Assembly (NCBI GenBank): GCA_028534125.1
Contig: CM052828.1
Location: forward strand, 43,028,001 to 43,092,000
DNA length: 64,000 nt
Source: Lama glama
Taxonomy: Eukaryota
Direction: 5' to 3'
Position 1 is the first letter of the stretch. Each line of letters starts with the position of its first letter. This document shows positions 37,583 to 50,200 of the stretch, one piece after another. Under the pieces are notes generated by a model. The model searched no databases. It saw nothing but the letters and a program-made list of their open reading frames with translations, and was not told the origin of the DNA. The position numbers were made by a program, and so were the translations under genes.

Positions 37583-38454
37583 TGTAACACAGAAACCTTT
37601 GCCTACTTCCTTCAGAAAGGATGCCCCCAACCACCTTACAGAGTGTTATCGAATTTGGCTTTACTTTCTGTCCTCTGTTTGTAGAGACTAATTTTTCTAG
37701 AACAGCAGGTGTCTTCATGGCCTCCTCCTGCCTCAGGGACTCTTCTCGAAAATCTCTCAGGGGAATCTGTGGTCCTTACTTCTGTGGAGGCTGAAAGAGA
37801 CTTTGATTCCCTTTGTCATTCTGTCCCATTTAGCCTTCCTGAGGGGAGTATTCCAGAAAGCAGAGTTCTCTTTGGAAGGCTTAGGGAAACCCCTCATTGG
37901 AGTTAAAACAAAGGAAGTATTGAGATTAAAGTTCTAGATAACTTGACTGACTGCTCAGCACGGGAGAAAAGCCCCTGCCTTCAGCTCTAGGGATAGTTGT
38001 GACGGTGTGGAGGCGTCTCCACAGCAGGACTGCCTCTCCTGGCTGCATGTCAGTTCTCACTCAGACCTCCTCCTCCTCCCTCCCCCCTTCTCTTCCTCCT
38101 CCTCCTCCTCCTCCTCTTCTGTGGCCTCACTCCCTCCATCAAAGCACAAGATCTCTTTTGTGCATGAACTGCCCTGTCTTCCAAGCTTCAAATAGAGGAT
38201 GGGCTCCAATCCCTGAGTAAAATCAAGCAGGACTCCCTTTCTAGCTTGTTCTCCTTACTGCCAAGAAGTCATGGCCTGCTATTTCTCTTACTTCAACTCC
38301 TCCTCAGGAGTCTGACCCTAAAAATCACCCATTCCCCTAAAATGAATTGCTTGCTACGTCCCTTCTAAAGAATAGGTTTCTCAGTCAACACTGCCTCGCC
38401 TCCCTCCTTTTAAAATTCATTTGCTGTCATTTAGAGCTGAAGAGAATTGTTACA
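37583..38454. mobile_element. Unclassified LTR-like element
   Basis: Perfect inverted termini TGTAACA...TGTTACA; more GC-rich than its flanks; lies between L2 fragments; no clear TSD. Confidence 0.4.
38067..38120. repeat. Imperfect (CCT)n microsatellite
   Basis: CCTCCTCCTCCTCC...CCTCCTCCTCCTCCTCCTCCT. Confidence 0.9.
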
Positions 38455-38699
38455 ATCACAAACAAATAATTGAAAACATTTAATGACTGCTTTGGGTTTT
38501 GTTGATTACAAATATATATATATTTATATATATATTTTAATAATACATATATAAATATATATATATTTTTTAATAGTAGTAAAAGTCTACCAAAGTCTAG
38601 TAAAAGTCTAGTAAAGACTTCCTTTACTAGAAATAAAGAGAACTAACAAATACTCAGCTGTATTCTCGAGTCTTGGATACTTTATCAACTACTGTGGAG

Positions 38700-39130
38700 A
38701 ATAAAATGTTTTCATTGGATGGAAGTTTCTGCTACACAGACCAGGAGTTCTCTGGCAGTGTGGTGGGGTCAGTGCTACACCAGAGGGAGTGAGTTGGGAG
38801 TTAATGAGAGACAGGGAGGTAGAAATAGTGATTGTGGTCAGCACACATCACATACGGCTGTGACAAGTAGGAAAGTGAACAGGTGTTAGATGGTGAAATC
38901 TCAATTCTAGGAGGATTTTTAAATGTTGATGGAAGTCACTAGATTAAATAGTAATGAATATAAGAATAAAATTCATAGGGACAGATAATGACATACAAAA
39001 AGGGGATAATCAATAGACCAGAGAAACTGAAAATAAAGGAGTGAGGAAAGAGACTGGGATTCAGGGCAAAAATGAAAGATTTCCTCAACAGAACAGGGAC
39101 ACGATCTTGGCTAGAGTCTGTAAAATTAGA
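38700..39130 (-). mobile_element. L2 fragment
   Basis: CAGTGTGGTGGGG...GAGTTGGGAGTTAATGAGAG...GGAGGTAGAAATAGTGA resembles reverse-strand L2 ORF2. Confidence 0.5.
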
Positions 39131-39339
39131 GATGGCAGGTGCTACAGAGCAAAGTTTCAATAATGTGTGCCAGGAATTAGACTTTTTTGTTTTGCGTATT
39201 TTATTTATTTTAGTGAAATATAAGTACAATGTCAAATGGTCAGAATGGATAATTTGAGAATGTTGTTGTAGATATTATTCAAGAACGCTGATTAGGAAAA
39301 TGGAATAGAATACTCCAAAGAACTAAGGTTTTAGGCCTT

Positions 39340-39686
39340 GCCACCCCACCACCCCCAATTCATATCTTAAAACCTGACACCCAGCGTGGTGGTATCAGGA
39401 GGTGGAGCCTGTGGGAAGTGACCAGGTCATGAAGGCAGAGTTCTCATGTCTGGAATCAGTGTTCTTATAGAAGGGGCCCCAGAGAGCAACCTCATCCCTT
39501 CTGCCCTGGAGGTTAGAGCGGAAAGGTAGACCTCAGTGTGCAGATGGGTCCTCACCAGACACTGAACCTGCTGGTAACATGATCTTGAACTACCCAGCCT
39601 CTGGAACTCTGATAAATAGTATTTACTGTCTATAAGTCATCCAGTTTCTGGTATTTTTGGTATCGCAGCCTGAACAGACTAAGATG
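39340..39686 (+). mobile_element. MLT1A0-like MaLR solo LTR
   Basis: GGTATCAGGAGGTGGAGCCT...AGGTCATGAAGGCAGAG...CCTCACCAGACACTGAACCTGCTGG...GCAGCCTGAACAGACTAAGA. Confidence 0.9.
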
Positions 39687-39994
39687 GCTGCTGAGGGATT
39701 ACTGAAGGCCAAGCCAAGACTGGCAACCATGAATTGTCAGGTCTTGACAGAGTGTCTGCCTGCTGGTGTGAGATTGTGCCGCACCCTGCAGCTACCCGGT
39801 GCCATGCAGAGAGGAGGAAAATGAATTAACTGTTAATGCTAGTGGAAGAGTGAATTAGCCTTGTGCTAAAGACGAAATATACACCCTGCTTTAACACATT
39901 TTCCCATAATCTAACACATTTATATTACACAGTGTTATATATGACCTTTCAAAAAGGTAAAAAATGTCTTCTCAGTCAAACATCTCTGAGGCTT

Positions 39995-40240
39995 AGCACT
40001 GATACATTCCCTCTGCAGCCTCTTCGTGACTAAGTGCCTACCTGTTGTGGTTTCTGAGCATATGCTTTGCTTTCTGTTACTATAGGACTCATAACATAAT
40101 GCTCTCTTTTATTTGCTTCCCTTCTTATTAGATAGTTCATTCACTAAAGTCAGGAACCTCTTCTTCCAATTCTGTGTTCTTAGTACAGAGCACTGAGTCT
40201 AAGTTTTCAAGAAATGGTTGTTCAACAGAAATGAATGAAT
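39995..40240 (+). mobile_element. L2 3' end
   Basis: Ends TAGTACAGAGCACTG...GAAATGAATGAAT. Confidence 0.55.
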
Positions 40241-43054
40241 CTGTGCTCCACAATCAAAATACCTATATCAGAAATTCTTAAAATATTTTATCCCAGCTTT
40301 TATATTTCTTATGAAATTGCAGTGCATATGGACAGATATTCTGGTAAATAAAACATGTATCTTCTGCTATTATAATCTTTGTTCCTGAACCTAATTATAA
40401 ACTATTATGAATAATGGAGCAATTGCTACCATATTATCAACCTCACCCACTATGTAAAACTATTATAATAAATCAGTGTTTGCAAATACATAGGAGTTTA
40501 TTTTAATCTGGTTATGAAAATGCAAAATATCTTGTCTTAAGTCTGACAAGAATTATGTGTTTCTATTTGGGTTGGAAATAGTATGTCTTTCCAGCAAAGC
40601 AACTAGGATACTGGCTGTCTGTGGAATGCAACTACATGCAAATAATACAGATTGACTCACATTCTCTAAAATCGTACGGAAAAATTCTGTACTTTTTTCA
40701 TATTTTTACTGTTTCTTTTAATATATGGATGGCCATGGTGACTGAATGATATTGGTAAATAGAGATTAATTTGTTGGAAGGCAGAGGAAATAATGAAGTG
40801 AAACAGTTCTTATATTCAGGTGAATTTTAATAAAAGATATATTTGCCTCTGGCACTGAGACCCCATGTTTCTTTCCCTTCCTGCTTCTGTTTTTTTAATA
40901 GCTTTCTATCTAAACATATTGCTTTAAAGCAAAATTATTTTATATTTTTGAGGTGAGGAATCCTTTTTATATATTCTACCTGCTGTGGGGGGGTCTTCTT
41001 AAATAGAGAAATTTTGACTGTTGGTGACCTATTAGGATCATTTCTCAGGAAAAAAAAATGTTTTTAGGCATACAGAAGTTATGCATCCTTTCCCTGGAGC
41101 AGAGCAGAACTGATAGCTCTAACATTAGCAGGAGGAAGGAAGCTGCAGCTGCAGCCCCCAGGCTGCCTGTCACTGTTTTTTAATGTCACGATCTGGAAGT
41201 TCAGAAGGGTCATCTCAGAATGGTTCTTGGGCTAATCCTAAGAAATGGCTAGAGGGTGTATAAAGATCGACGCTGTGACTGCTATGATATGGCCTCTCTG
41301 CCACAGGAGTTTGGAGCTGCTTGGAGAAGTTAGAGGAGAGTGTTTTTCTAAATGTTCATTACAAGTAACTTCAGGAATCAGAGATTAGAGAGATGTTTAC
41401 AGTAGGCCCTTCAGTGATATGCTCTGAGTGTAAACACGTGTGTTAATCCAAAGAGTAGTAGGGTTATACATTCAGGTATTTTTAAAAAATAGTCTGTAAT
41501 AATTTCACTTCTTTGCACATTTTCCTAATGAGGTTGATTTGTACTATCACATCTCATGGCTTCTCATTTTTTTCCTCAATCCATGCAACCTTACTATTGC
41601 CTATACTACTACAAGAGAAACTGAGGGGAAACTCATTTCAATTTATTTTCAGTCAAGGCAAGTTTTTTAAGTTAAAAAAATTTTTTTTCAGAATATTTGA
41701 GAACATATCAAACTCTTTGACTATCAAAAACTTAACTGTGAGAAAGCCTGATATATTCATTTTTATTTGAAATTACAAAAGATGTTACAGTTGATTTTAG
41801 TTATAAAATGATTAAGAATAATGACCCTTAACAAAATTGTAATTGTGATGGTGTGTACAGGTTTTGTCAAAATCATCACTATTATTTAATTGGCAATAGG
41901 ATAGGAGATTAGGGGGCACAAGGATGATTTGGGCTTATTGTTATAGTTAACCTAGTTTGGAAATAAAAGTTTTTTCCTAAAGAAAAAAAAATCCACAAAT
42001 ACTTTCTAAAAGATTTCTTCTCGAGGAGTTAGATCCTAAAACATAGACTGTGAACCATATTTTAACAAACCAAAAGATTTTTAATAAAAGAGTGGAAGAG
42101 TGTTTTTCCCAATATCTTTGTTTAAAGTTTGATATTTGTTGAAAAAATGGCTGCGTATATTGAAAAGTTTATTAAGAGACAAAAACTTAAATATCAAATG
42201 TAACTCTTCTAAAAGAAGAGTAGGGAAAATAAGTTATCATTTTGAAGCACTTAGGATACATTAGAATTTGTTATGAAATTTACATATGTCATTTGTTATC
42301 CTTTTTAGAATGCTTCAAATAAAATTTATCTTTTCCAAAAGAATAAGCAAGGAGATACTATTAGATTATTTGCCCATTTTCACATACCTGAAGGATGTAA
42401 AGGAGCTGATTTCAGACCCCAAATGTTGAACTTCCAAGTCAATTGCACCATACATGTATTTTTCTTGGCTCCAAATGGGAACTTCTGAGTCATTTATAAG
42501 CAGCACATGCCAAACAAATAATTTGTTATATAATTTTTTGCAGAGAACATAAAAATACAGTAAGATAATTATGTCACCTGTAATCATAAAATTCATGTTT
42601 CAGTGTCTTTCCTTCTCTGTATTCTGGGCAGCGTTGTGTGTGTTTATGCTGTCTGTATGAATGTGTTTCTGGGCATATGTGAGTGGGTAACATCATCGCT
42701 ATTTATATAGTTGAAATGTGTGATCTGTTCTTTCCCTTGTTGTGATACCATTGAATTCTGTTTAACTGTAACAGAAGAAACTTTCATTTATAGACATTTC
42801 TTCTAATTCTTCTATAAAGAAAACAATTATTCTTGAGTTTGGATTTTTATCAGTTGAGTTTGGTGAGAGTGAAGGACAACAGTACATGTATTAATCAAAA
42901 CTAGGAAATCAATTACCCACTTGTGATTATTTTTTCTTCTTGTTCTTCAGTAAACTTGCTATTTTTTAATGATTCTCTTGTATTAATTTCACCTGTTATA
43001 TAATTGAAAAGCTGATAAACATAAAGAATATTTCTTAAACTTTATTAATACTCT

Positions 43055-43240
43055 GTTTATGGAAGTTTATAATGTGTTAATTTCTGGTGTATAACATAGT
43101 GATTCAGTTATACATGTAAATATATTCCTTTTCATAAATTTTTTCATTATAGGCTACTACAAGGTATTGAACATAGTTCCCTGTGCTATATGGTGGGGCC
43201 TTGTTATCTGTTTTATAAATGGTAGTTGGTATGCAAGTCC

Positions 43241-43275
<35 letters not shown>

Positions 43276-43384
43276 CCTTTATCCAGTCATTTTTGATGGA
43301 CATTTAGGTTGCTTCCATGTCTTGGTTATTGCAAATAGTGCTATTATGAACACTGGGGTGTGTGTATCTTTTCGAATCAGAGTT
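43055..43384 (-). mobile_element. Artiodactyl L1 3' fragment with internal deletion
   Basis: TTTCTGGTGTATAACATAGTGATTCAG...GATGGACATTTAGGTTGCTTCCATGTCTTGGTTATTGCAAATAGTGCT. Confidence 0.9.
43243..43272. repeat. (AC)15 microsatellite
   Basis: Perfect run inside the L1. Confidence 0.97.
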
Positions 43385-44651
43385 ACTTGATTTTTTTTTT
43401 TTTAAATAACAACAGGGACTCCCCTTATGGGCAAGTTGATCATTGCCTTAATCAGGATTCTACATTATATAATAGCCAATTTGTCAAAAAATAAATTGAT
43501 ATGTATCTCATTTTCCTTTAAATGCCAAAACCAAGTATAGATATAAGAAAAATAATCATTGCTTAGATGAACATTAATATAAACGAAAAGTATTCTATGT
43601 TAAGTATTTGTGCTTTAAAGTAAACTTTAAACATTGCTTGTGAATTTATGCTCTGTGCATTTAAAAATTATTTTTCATATAAATATTAAATGTAACTAGT
43701 GAAGACCATGTAAATTATACCTGACAACCACCCTCTGTGATCTCCATACAGTAAAACTGGAAAGGTCAGAATATTATTTAATGTTTTACAGCTTACGTAA
43801 AAATAAACTGAATTTTAGCTTTCCATTTGGTCTTGACAGGTAATAGGGTGATGATGAAAGCTTCTAGACTCCTTCTCCTTAATTCACACTGTAATCTGAC
43901 ATCACTTTCAGTTCCTAATTTGCCTTTTAGTTTGCTAACACTTTCAGAACTACCGGTACATAAAGCTCTTATTCACAGCCCTGCCTCTATTATTACCCAA
44001 ACCGATCTGCCTCTCTATTCACTCACTGAAGAAAATCTGTCCTACATATAATAGCAATGCAGTTAATGAAATAATTGGCTTAAAATGTTGTACTCTGATG
44101 GTGTACATTATAAAGATTTTTGCAGGCACTATAGCTTTTAGGATACCATTTTGGATGTCATTTTTGAAGTGCACTGTTACTTAGAATGAATTGCATGCCA
44201 AATTTAATGCATTTGGTATTTCTCCTTGACATTAGTACCATACATACCTTTTCCTTTTTTTTTGGTATTGAAAAATCTTCCTTTCTTCTTCTGTAGAGCA
44301 GCCATATCATGCTATGAAAAGAGCCTAAGCACTGGGTGTATAGCGAGCTACCCGAAAGGAGGAAGCCCTTGTCTTAGAGCCTCAGCTCTTTATCTTCTGA
44401 GCAAAGTTTCTAACACTAGCTACCAGTGCTCACTGGAGCATCAGATGCATTCAAGTAAATTTGTTCCAGGCAGCATGATTTGTTTAGTTTGATCTTACTA
44501 TATGTAATATTGTGTTTCTTTCCATATTTGTTCTATAAGGGGAAAAAAGGCAATTACATTACACTTGCGCATCAAGTTGGCAGCTTGAAAATTTTTGCAG
44601 TTGGGAAAACGTTGGCATAAAATTTTAAGAACTACTACAGGAGAAATAAAA

Positions 44652-44862
44652 CAGACCTTCGAGTAAAGTCTTAATTCTCCGTTAGTGGTTATATGTCCTC
44701 TGACATGTCATTTAACCTTCTGAATTTCAGTTTATTCCGTGCATAAGATAGGCATTATTGTAATACTTAATTCACTTAGGTGGCGAAAAGTTTGTACTGT
44801 TGAAATATGTAGTTTCCTCGATGTCAACCAGGCACAGAGTACAATACAAAAAGTAGTACTTA
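44652..44862 (+). mobile_element. MIR SINE
   Basis: GTCATTTAACCTTCTGAATTTCAGTTT...CCAGGCACAGAGTA. Confidence 0.65.
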
Positions 44863-45649
44863 CCCTTCCTTATAATAATCAGGATACCTGATGTGGGCCA
44901 ATGTCATAATTAACGTTGTCTTAGTATACGTGTGCGTGTGTGTATATGCAGCTAGAGTGATGCCAGAAACAAAGTGGATGCTTAAAAATATCTTACATTT
45001 ATTGGTTAACTGTGGATCATTAGTAGATACGTACCTGGACAGTAGCTAAATGTGGGGTTTGAAGCAGTCTAGCAAGGAAGGAAAGAGGATTTAATCATAG
45101 ATATTTTTTAGAATTGTTGGCACAGGGTGATGATAAAATGTATACCACTTTTATTCTATTTCACTGTTATCTATGAATTCTCTCCAGAGTTTATAACCAC
45201 CACCACCCCCTTATTGCATTTCCTCCTTGATACATTGTTGACTGAACAGGTTGTTTTTCTCTGTTGTCCAATCAGACTTGGTCACTTTGCCCACCTTCCT
45301 AGGTAGTGTCTATTTCTTGAGAATTAAACTTGATAGAAAGTAAGTTATAAGGACATGGAAGAATCCAGTTGATTTCTACATATCTTCTAAAATCTTTTAA
45401 GATGCAATATTTCTGATTCAATTGAATATATGTAATGTAACTAGATTTACAACCATAAGCAAGAATCACAGGATTAAAAGAGTCTTATCAAAGACCTTGG
45501 TTTTTCAAACACAAAGACTAATACTTACCATGTTTCAACTTTCACTGACATCCATACTATTAAACATACTTAAAGGTAGATCTTTAGGCAGAAGATGAAA
45601 ATGACTTTGATGTGCTAGCACAGACCTTTCTTTCTTTCAATTACTTCAA

Positions 45650-46530
45650 AGTTGCCATCTTCCCATTTCTTCTCCAAGATTTTCAAAGGAAAAGCCTTGA
45701 CTCTCTCTGTCCACTTCCATGCCTCCCAGTCACTATTAACCCACTGCAGCCATCTGTTCTCAGCACTCAGTGAAAGGTTCTGTTATGATGAAGGTCACCA
45801 AGGAGTTCCTAATTCCCAAATCTAACGAATATTACTTCATTTGACATTATTGAAACATGGATCCATCCATTTCTGTTTCCTTATTCTTATTTTTAGTTTC
45901 AGTTTATGAGCACATTTAGCTCTTCCCACATTCTATGTATTTGTGTTTTATAGAATTCCCAAGACCCACTGCTCTTCTCATTTCAAAAAAATCACCTTAT
46001 TCTTATGGCATCAATGACCTTATTTGCATTGATTCTTAAACTTGTTATCTCACTGTCAGACCTTGAGGACAGCACTTGAGGTTGAGATTTGTATACTTAG
46101 TCGTGCGCTTGCTTTGCTTCACCTCTCTACCTAGATGCTCTACAGGTTCTTCAACTGAACAGATTCCAAAACTGAATCAACTGTGTCAATGCTTAAACAA
46201 TTCTGTATCTTGTTAGTCTGTATGAAAGTTACCCATCTACTTTCCAATCCTAAGAAAGTGGAAAGTGGTTGACTTTTTAAATCATCTTTCGCTTATATGC
46301 AGTGAATAATCTATTCCTAAACTCCCTTAATTTTAATTTCTATTGTAGGTCAAACTTTTCCTCTCTATGATTAGATAATAACTATTGTAGAAATATCCTC
46401 ACTGGTTCTTCTGTTTTTGATCTTACCCCACTACATCCATTCTCCACAGTCAAAATGAAGTACTGTAGGCAAATGTGATCATGTTATTTCACAGAAGTGT
46501 TCAGGCACATGTTTGTAGCCTGTCTAAAAA
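45650..46530 (+). mobile_element. L2 ORF2-region fragment
   Basis: AACCCACTGCAG...AAGGTCACCAA...CCAAATCTAA...CTCTACCTAGATG...CCAAAACTGAA...CTCACTGGTT...CCATTCTCCACA. Confidence 0.8.
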
Positions 46531-47299
46531 TATAAAGTCACAGTATCATATTGCTTATCTCCCGTTTTGCCTTTTATAAAGAACATCCTTCTGCATGGTG
46601 TCTACTCCATTGATAAGTTAAAAAAAAACAAACAAACTGGTACTTACTGAGTCCAAGGAGTCAGTGGTTTTATTATAAGGTCCAGCTGATAAAACTTGAA
46701 GGTATGATCATCCAGGATTGGGCTTCATTCTCTGCTTCCATTGCTGCTTTTACCACACAACGTTTCTGTTACAAACAGGCAATTTCTCTTTGATGTTCTT
46801 CCTTACGTGCTGATACGACCAGTGGACATTGCTGCTAGAGTTTCAACTTTGATTTCTTGTACCGAAAAGGGTTTCTGTCTCCCCAGTGTTCCTCTAAACC
46901 ATGATATTTGATACCACCATAATCCTTTGTTCCCAATGAAATAGCATTTGAATATACACTAACACACATACATACACACACACACATACTTTGCAAACAT
47001 AAATTCACAGGATTAAGGTATCTTGTTTAACAATAATTCTGCCCCAAGGCTTGCTTTTGTGGGAACAAGATATTTTCCAAGACAATGAAGGCCCAAGTTC
47101 TAATCCATTCCATTAAAAGGATTTCTTATTTCAAGAGAAACTTGTCATCCTAGCCCACCAAGCGTCTCCTCTCTGGGCTCAAAAATCAATGTTAAGTACC
47201 CCAACAACATTGACCTTCTCAAAGGAAGAAGTAAGAAGTACTTCTTGGAAAGTAAGATCACTACCACTGCTCCTGCTCCAAGAAATTTACTTCTCCTAT

Positions 47300-47740
47300 T
47301 CAATATCATATATTTTCCACATCCATAAATACCATACAAAATCAAATAAAATTCACAATGTTTGTGTACACCCACATATAAGTATGCCATCCTTATTTAC
47401 ATATTTTCTTGTACAGGGTATTTATCGTAAAATGCCTTTGTTATTAAAACATTTGTAAATACCTTTGCAAATACAGTATCTTTGTTCTGTGAATATTCCA
47501 TTAGAATAAATTTCCTTCACGGAAATTGCTGCAGGAATAGTTCCAAGGTTTCTATACAAAGTTATTTTCATATGATCATAAGAGCTTATATTCATTTCAA
47601 CAGTGCATAGGAATGCCAATTTCTCTTAAGTTTAATAAGACTACTTTAGCATTTTTAATGGCAAAATATTATCTCACTTTTCAATTTCATGGATTCCTTA
47701 TAATCAGTACTTCATGGCTTTTTCCCACATTTATTTATAT
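47300..47740 (-). mobile_element. Old L1 (L1ME-like) fragment
   Basis: TTAGAATAAATTTCCTTCACGGAAATTGCTG...CAACAGTGCATAGGAATGCCAATTTCTC...AAAATATTATCTCA. Confidence 0.6.
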
Positions 47741-49309
47741 GATATTTAGAAGGTCCCACTGGATGTCTCAAATGAACTGACAAAGCATTATTAGCTTCCA
47801 CTCTTTACCAAATTCTCTCTTCCCTAATCTGGTCTCTATGTTAATTTATTATTGAGATTCCTGATGTTCAGATGACAGCATAGCTATTGTTATGTGCTGT
47901 TATGTGCTTCTGTCTGCTGATCATAAAGGTGCTGACATCCACTAAGATTTCTTTGGTTTGTTTCCTGCCACATGTGAAGCGTCATGTTATATGTTCTACC
48001 CAAATGAGGAAATCAATTTTCTTTCTTCCTAAACTTAATTTTATTATTATGTACTGTTGTAATTCTGTCCACCCCTGAGATATTTTCCTCATAATCGTCC
48101 CTTGGGTTCCTACTCTGCCTCTGACGATGCACACTTTACTTGCTCAAGGTGACTCGCAAGCAGCCTTCCTTTAAGGCCACTCAGAAATGTTCAAACCATG
48201 TAAATTCTGGACCACATCATCTTGTAAGCACTTTATTAAGCAAGGCAACCCCGCTCCTAAACCAGACAGTTGTGGCTCTTAAAGCACACTATGAGGTCAG
48301 TTTTGTAAATATACCAGAATCAGATGCTCTGTGGAATCCTTCAGCCTGTTACATTGAAGTCAGCAACTCCACATATTTAAGCCAGAGGATCAGAGATCCA
48401 AAAGTAAAGGAAGAATTCATTCTATGGTAAATTCTTTTGATCTAGAGGTTTTTACATAGGTCAATGATGTCCACAGTCCACTTGAATTTATTGGGAACAT
48501 TTTATTTGAACTGCATATTTTTCCCTAGCTTTTATAGAAGCTGTGAGAGCTCTGTGACTCAGAATTATGTTTAATAATAAAACTACACAGAAGCAGCCTC
48601 AGGAGGGTTACAAGATGACAAGCCATGTGAGGAGAGAGAGATTACCTACATCAGAGGGCTTATAGCACAGTCTTAGCTCTGTTACTTATTTTATTTTAGT
48701 CCTGGTTCTTGATGCAGTGATGAATTAAGATAAAATTATTTTGGTTTTTTTCAGAAAAAAATGCTAAGGGTAAAGTCTTCTCTCTTTAATACTACCCAGA
48801 AATTCTTAATTGAAAAGTTTTTTATCTATTTTGAAAACAGTAGGGAAATAACTTTGATTGACCTTTCTGATGAGGACATTATTGAAAATTCCTATCATCT
48901 GATGTTCTTTTTCCCCCTACTTCTCACTGACCTTTATTGAATAATTCTGAATTAGATTTAAATTTCCTTTGGTCTTTGTGATATTTACTATTGAAATACC
49001 ATTTGCTTTGTGGCTCATTTGTAAGAGGTTCCTTTATGCAAATAGCATGATTCTGAAAGAAGCGCAGGTACTCCCTGAAGTCTTTCTTCTCTGCTCTTTG
49101 TATCCTCTTAGCCAACATTTCTTTCTCACATATATACTCTAATTCTGAAATATACTGAGTTTATTGTATACAATGAATATCTTAATTTAATGTTTTAGTA
49201 TGATAATTAATTATTTTAATAGAAGACTGTAAAAGAAGCTAATGCTGATGAGATGAAATCAATTTAATAACAAAAGCTTATACAGGTTACTTTTTCCAAA
49301 GAATTATTT

Positions 49310-50200
49310 TTCAGTGCAGTGCAACTTAACATATTTTGAACAGCTAGTGTCTGCAAGGCCCCTTGCCAGGTATAGGAGAGAGAAAAATGCAGCCATGGAC
49401 AGTTTCTACACTCAGAAATTTTAGAGACTAGCACATGAGTGCGTGTTAGGATGTGTGGTCCAGGTTGCTGTAGAATCGTAATATGTGTTTTTCAGTCGTG
49501 ATGATGAGATAGACTGGCGGTCTAGGTGGGCAGGTGGAGTCGCTCCACGAGATCGTCCAGGGCTCAGGACTCTTGTCTCTCACTTCTTGATTCTCCTCAG
49601 CCTCAACTAGCACCATTATCTGCACAGTCAGACCTAGGTGGCCGGCACCAAGTCCAAGTCCGAGACCATGGCCTGGAGAACGAAAGTCTAACCTTTTAAG
49701 GGAAAAGCTGATCCTTAAAACAATTGGCAAGGACTTTATCACACACCGGCATCTAGCTGCCAAAGGCATGGAAAGTGATTCTGTCTGTGCAGATATGCAC
49801 TAAAGTAAAACTTAGCGAGTGCTAATAATAATTAAAGTGAGATTGGAAATTAGAGAATCATATTACAAAAATGCTCTTTTCTACAGGCACATAAAATACA
49901 AACCCATGAATGTGCTATGACAGAGAAATGCAAATACAGGAGCATGAGCCACTACTTTTGGATGTGGGTAGTTGGAAATACTCTGTGCCTGCTTTTTAAA
50001 CCAGGTCTTAATATTTGACTTGAACTTCAGTACATCTGGATGGAGGGAAAGTGCTTTCAAAGAGCAATCAACATGGTCAAAGGCTTGAGGATGTGTGGGA
50101 ACTGCTAGGGAAGAGAGAGTCATCTAGTGTGTGAAGTAGAATGAAGTTTCGAGATTTGAACAGAGAATGTTTGCATAGAATATAGGGATTTACTCTTTAG
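49310..50200 (-). mobile_element. L2 3' fragment split by an old LTR
   Basis: AACATATTTTGAACAGCTAG...TTGCCAGGTATAGGAG at 49.3 kb resumes as GTGCTATGACAGAG...CAAAGGCTTGAGG at 49.9-50.1 kb. Confidence 0.55.
49440..49867 (-). mobile_element. Old MaLR LTR (MLT1L/M/N/O-like)
   Basis: Minus strand starts TGTAATATG and contains CCTTTGGCAGCTAGATG...GTGATAAAGTCCTTGCCAAT (MLT1 core) and GAGCCCTGGACGATCTCGTGGAGC; ends CATCCTAACA. Confidence 0.65.

Noticed and set aside
49446-49769. 107-aa minus-strand ORF, CpG-richer patch, C-box GTGATGA and CTCF-like CTAGGTGG motifs
   Set aside because: Explained by an old MLT1-type LTR inserted in an L2. There is no D box at snoRNA distance, and the CTCF matches are only partial.
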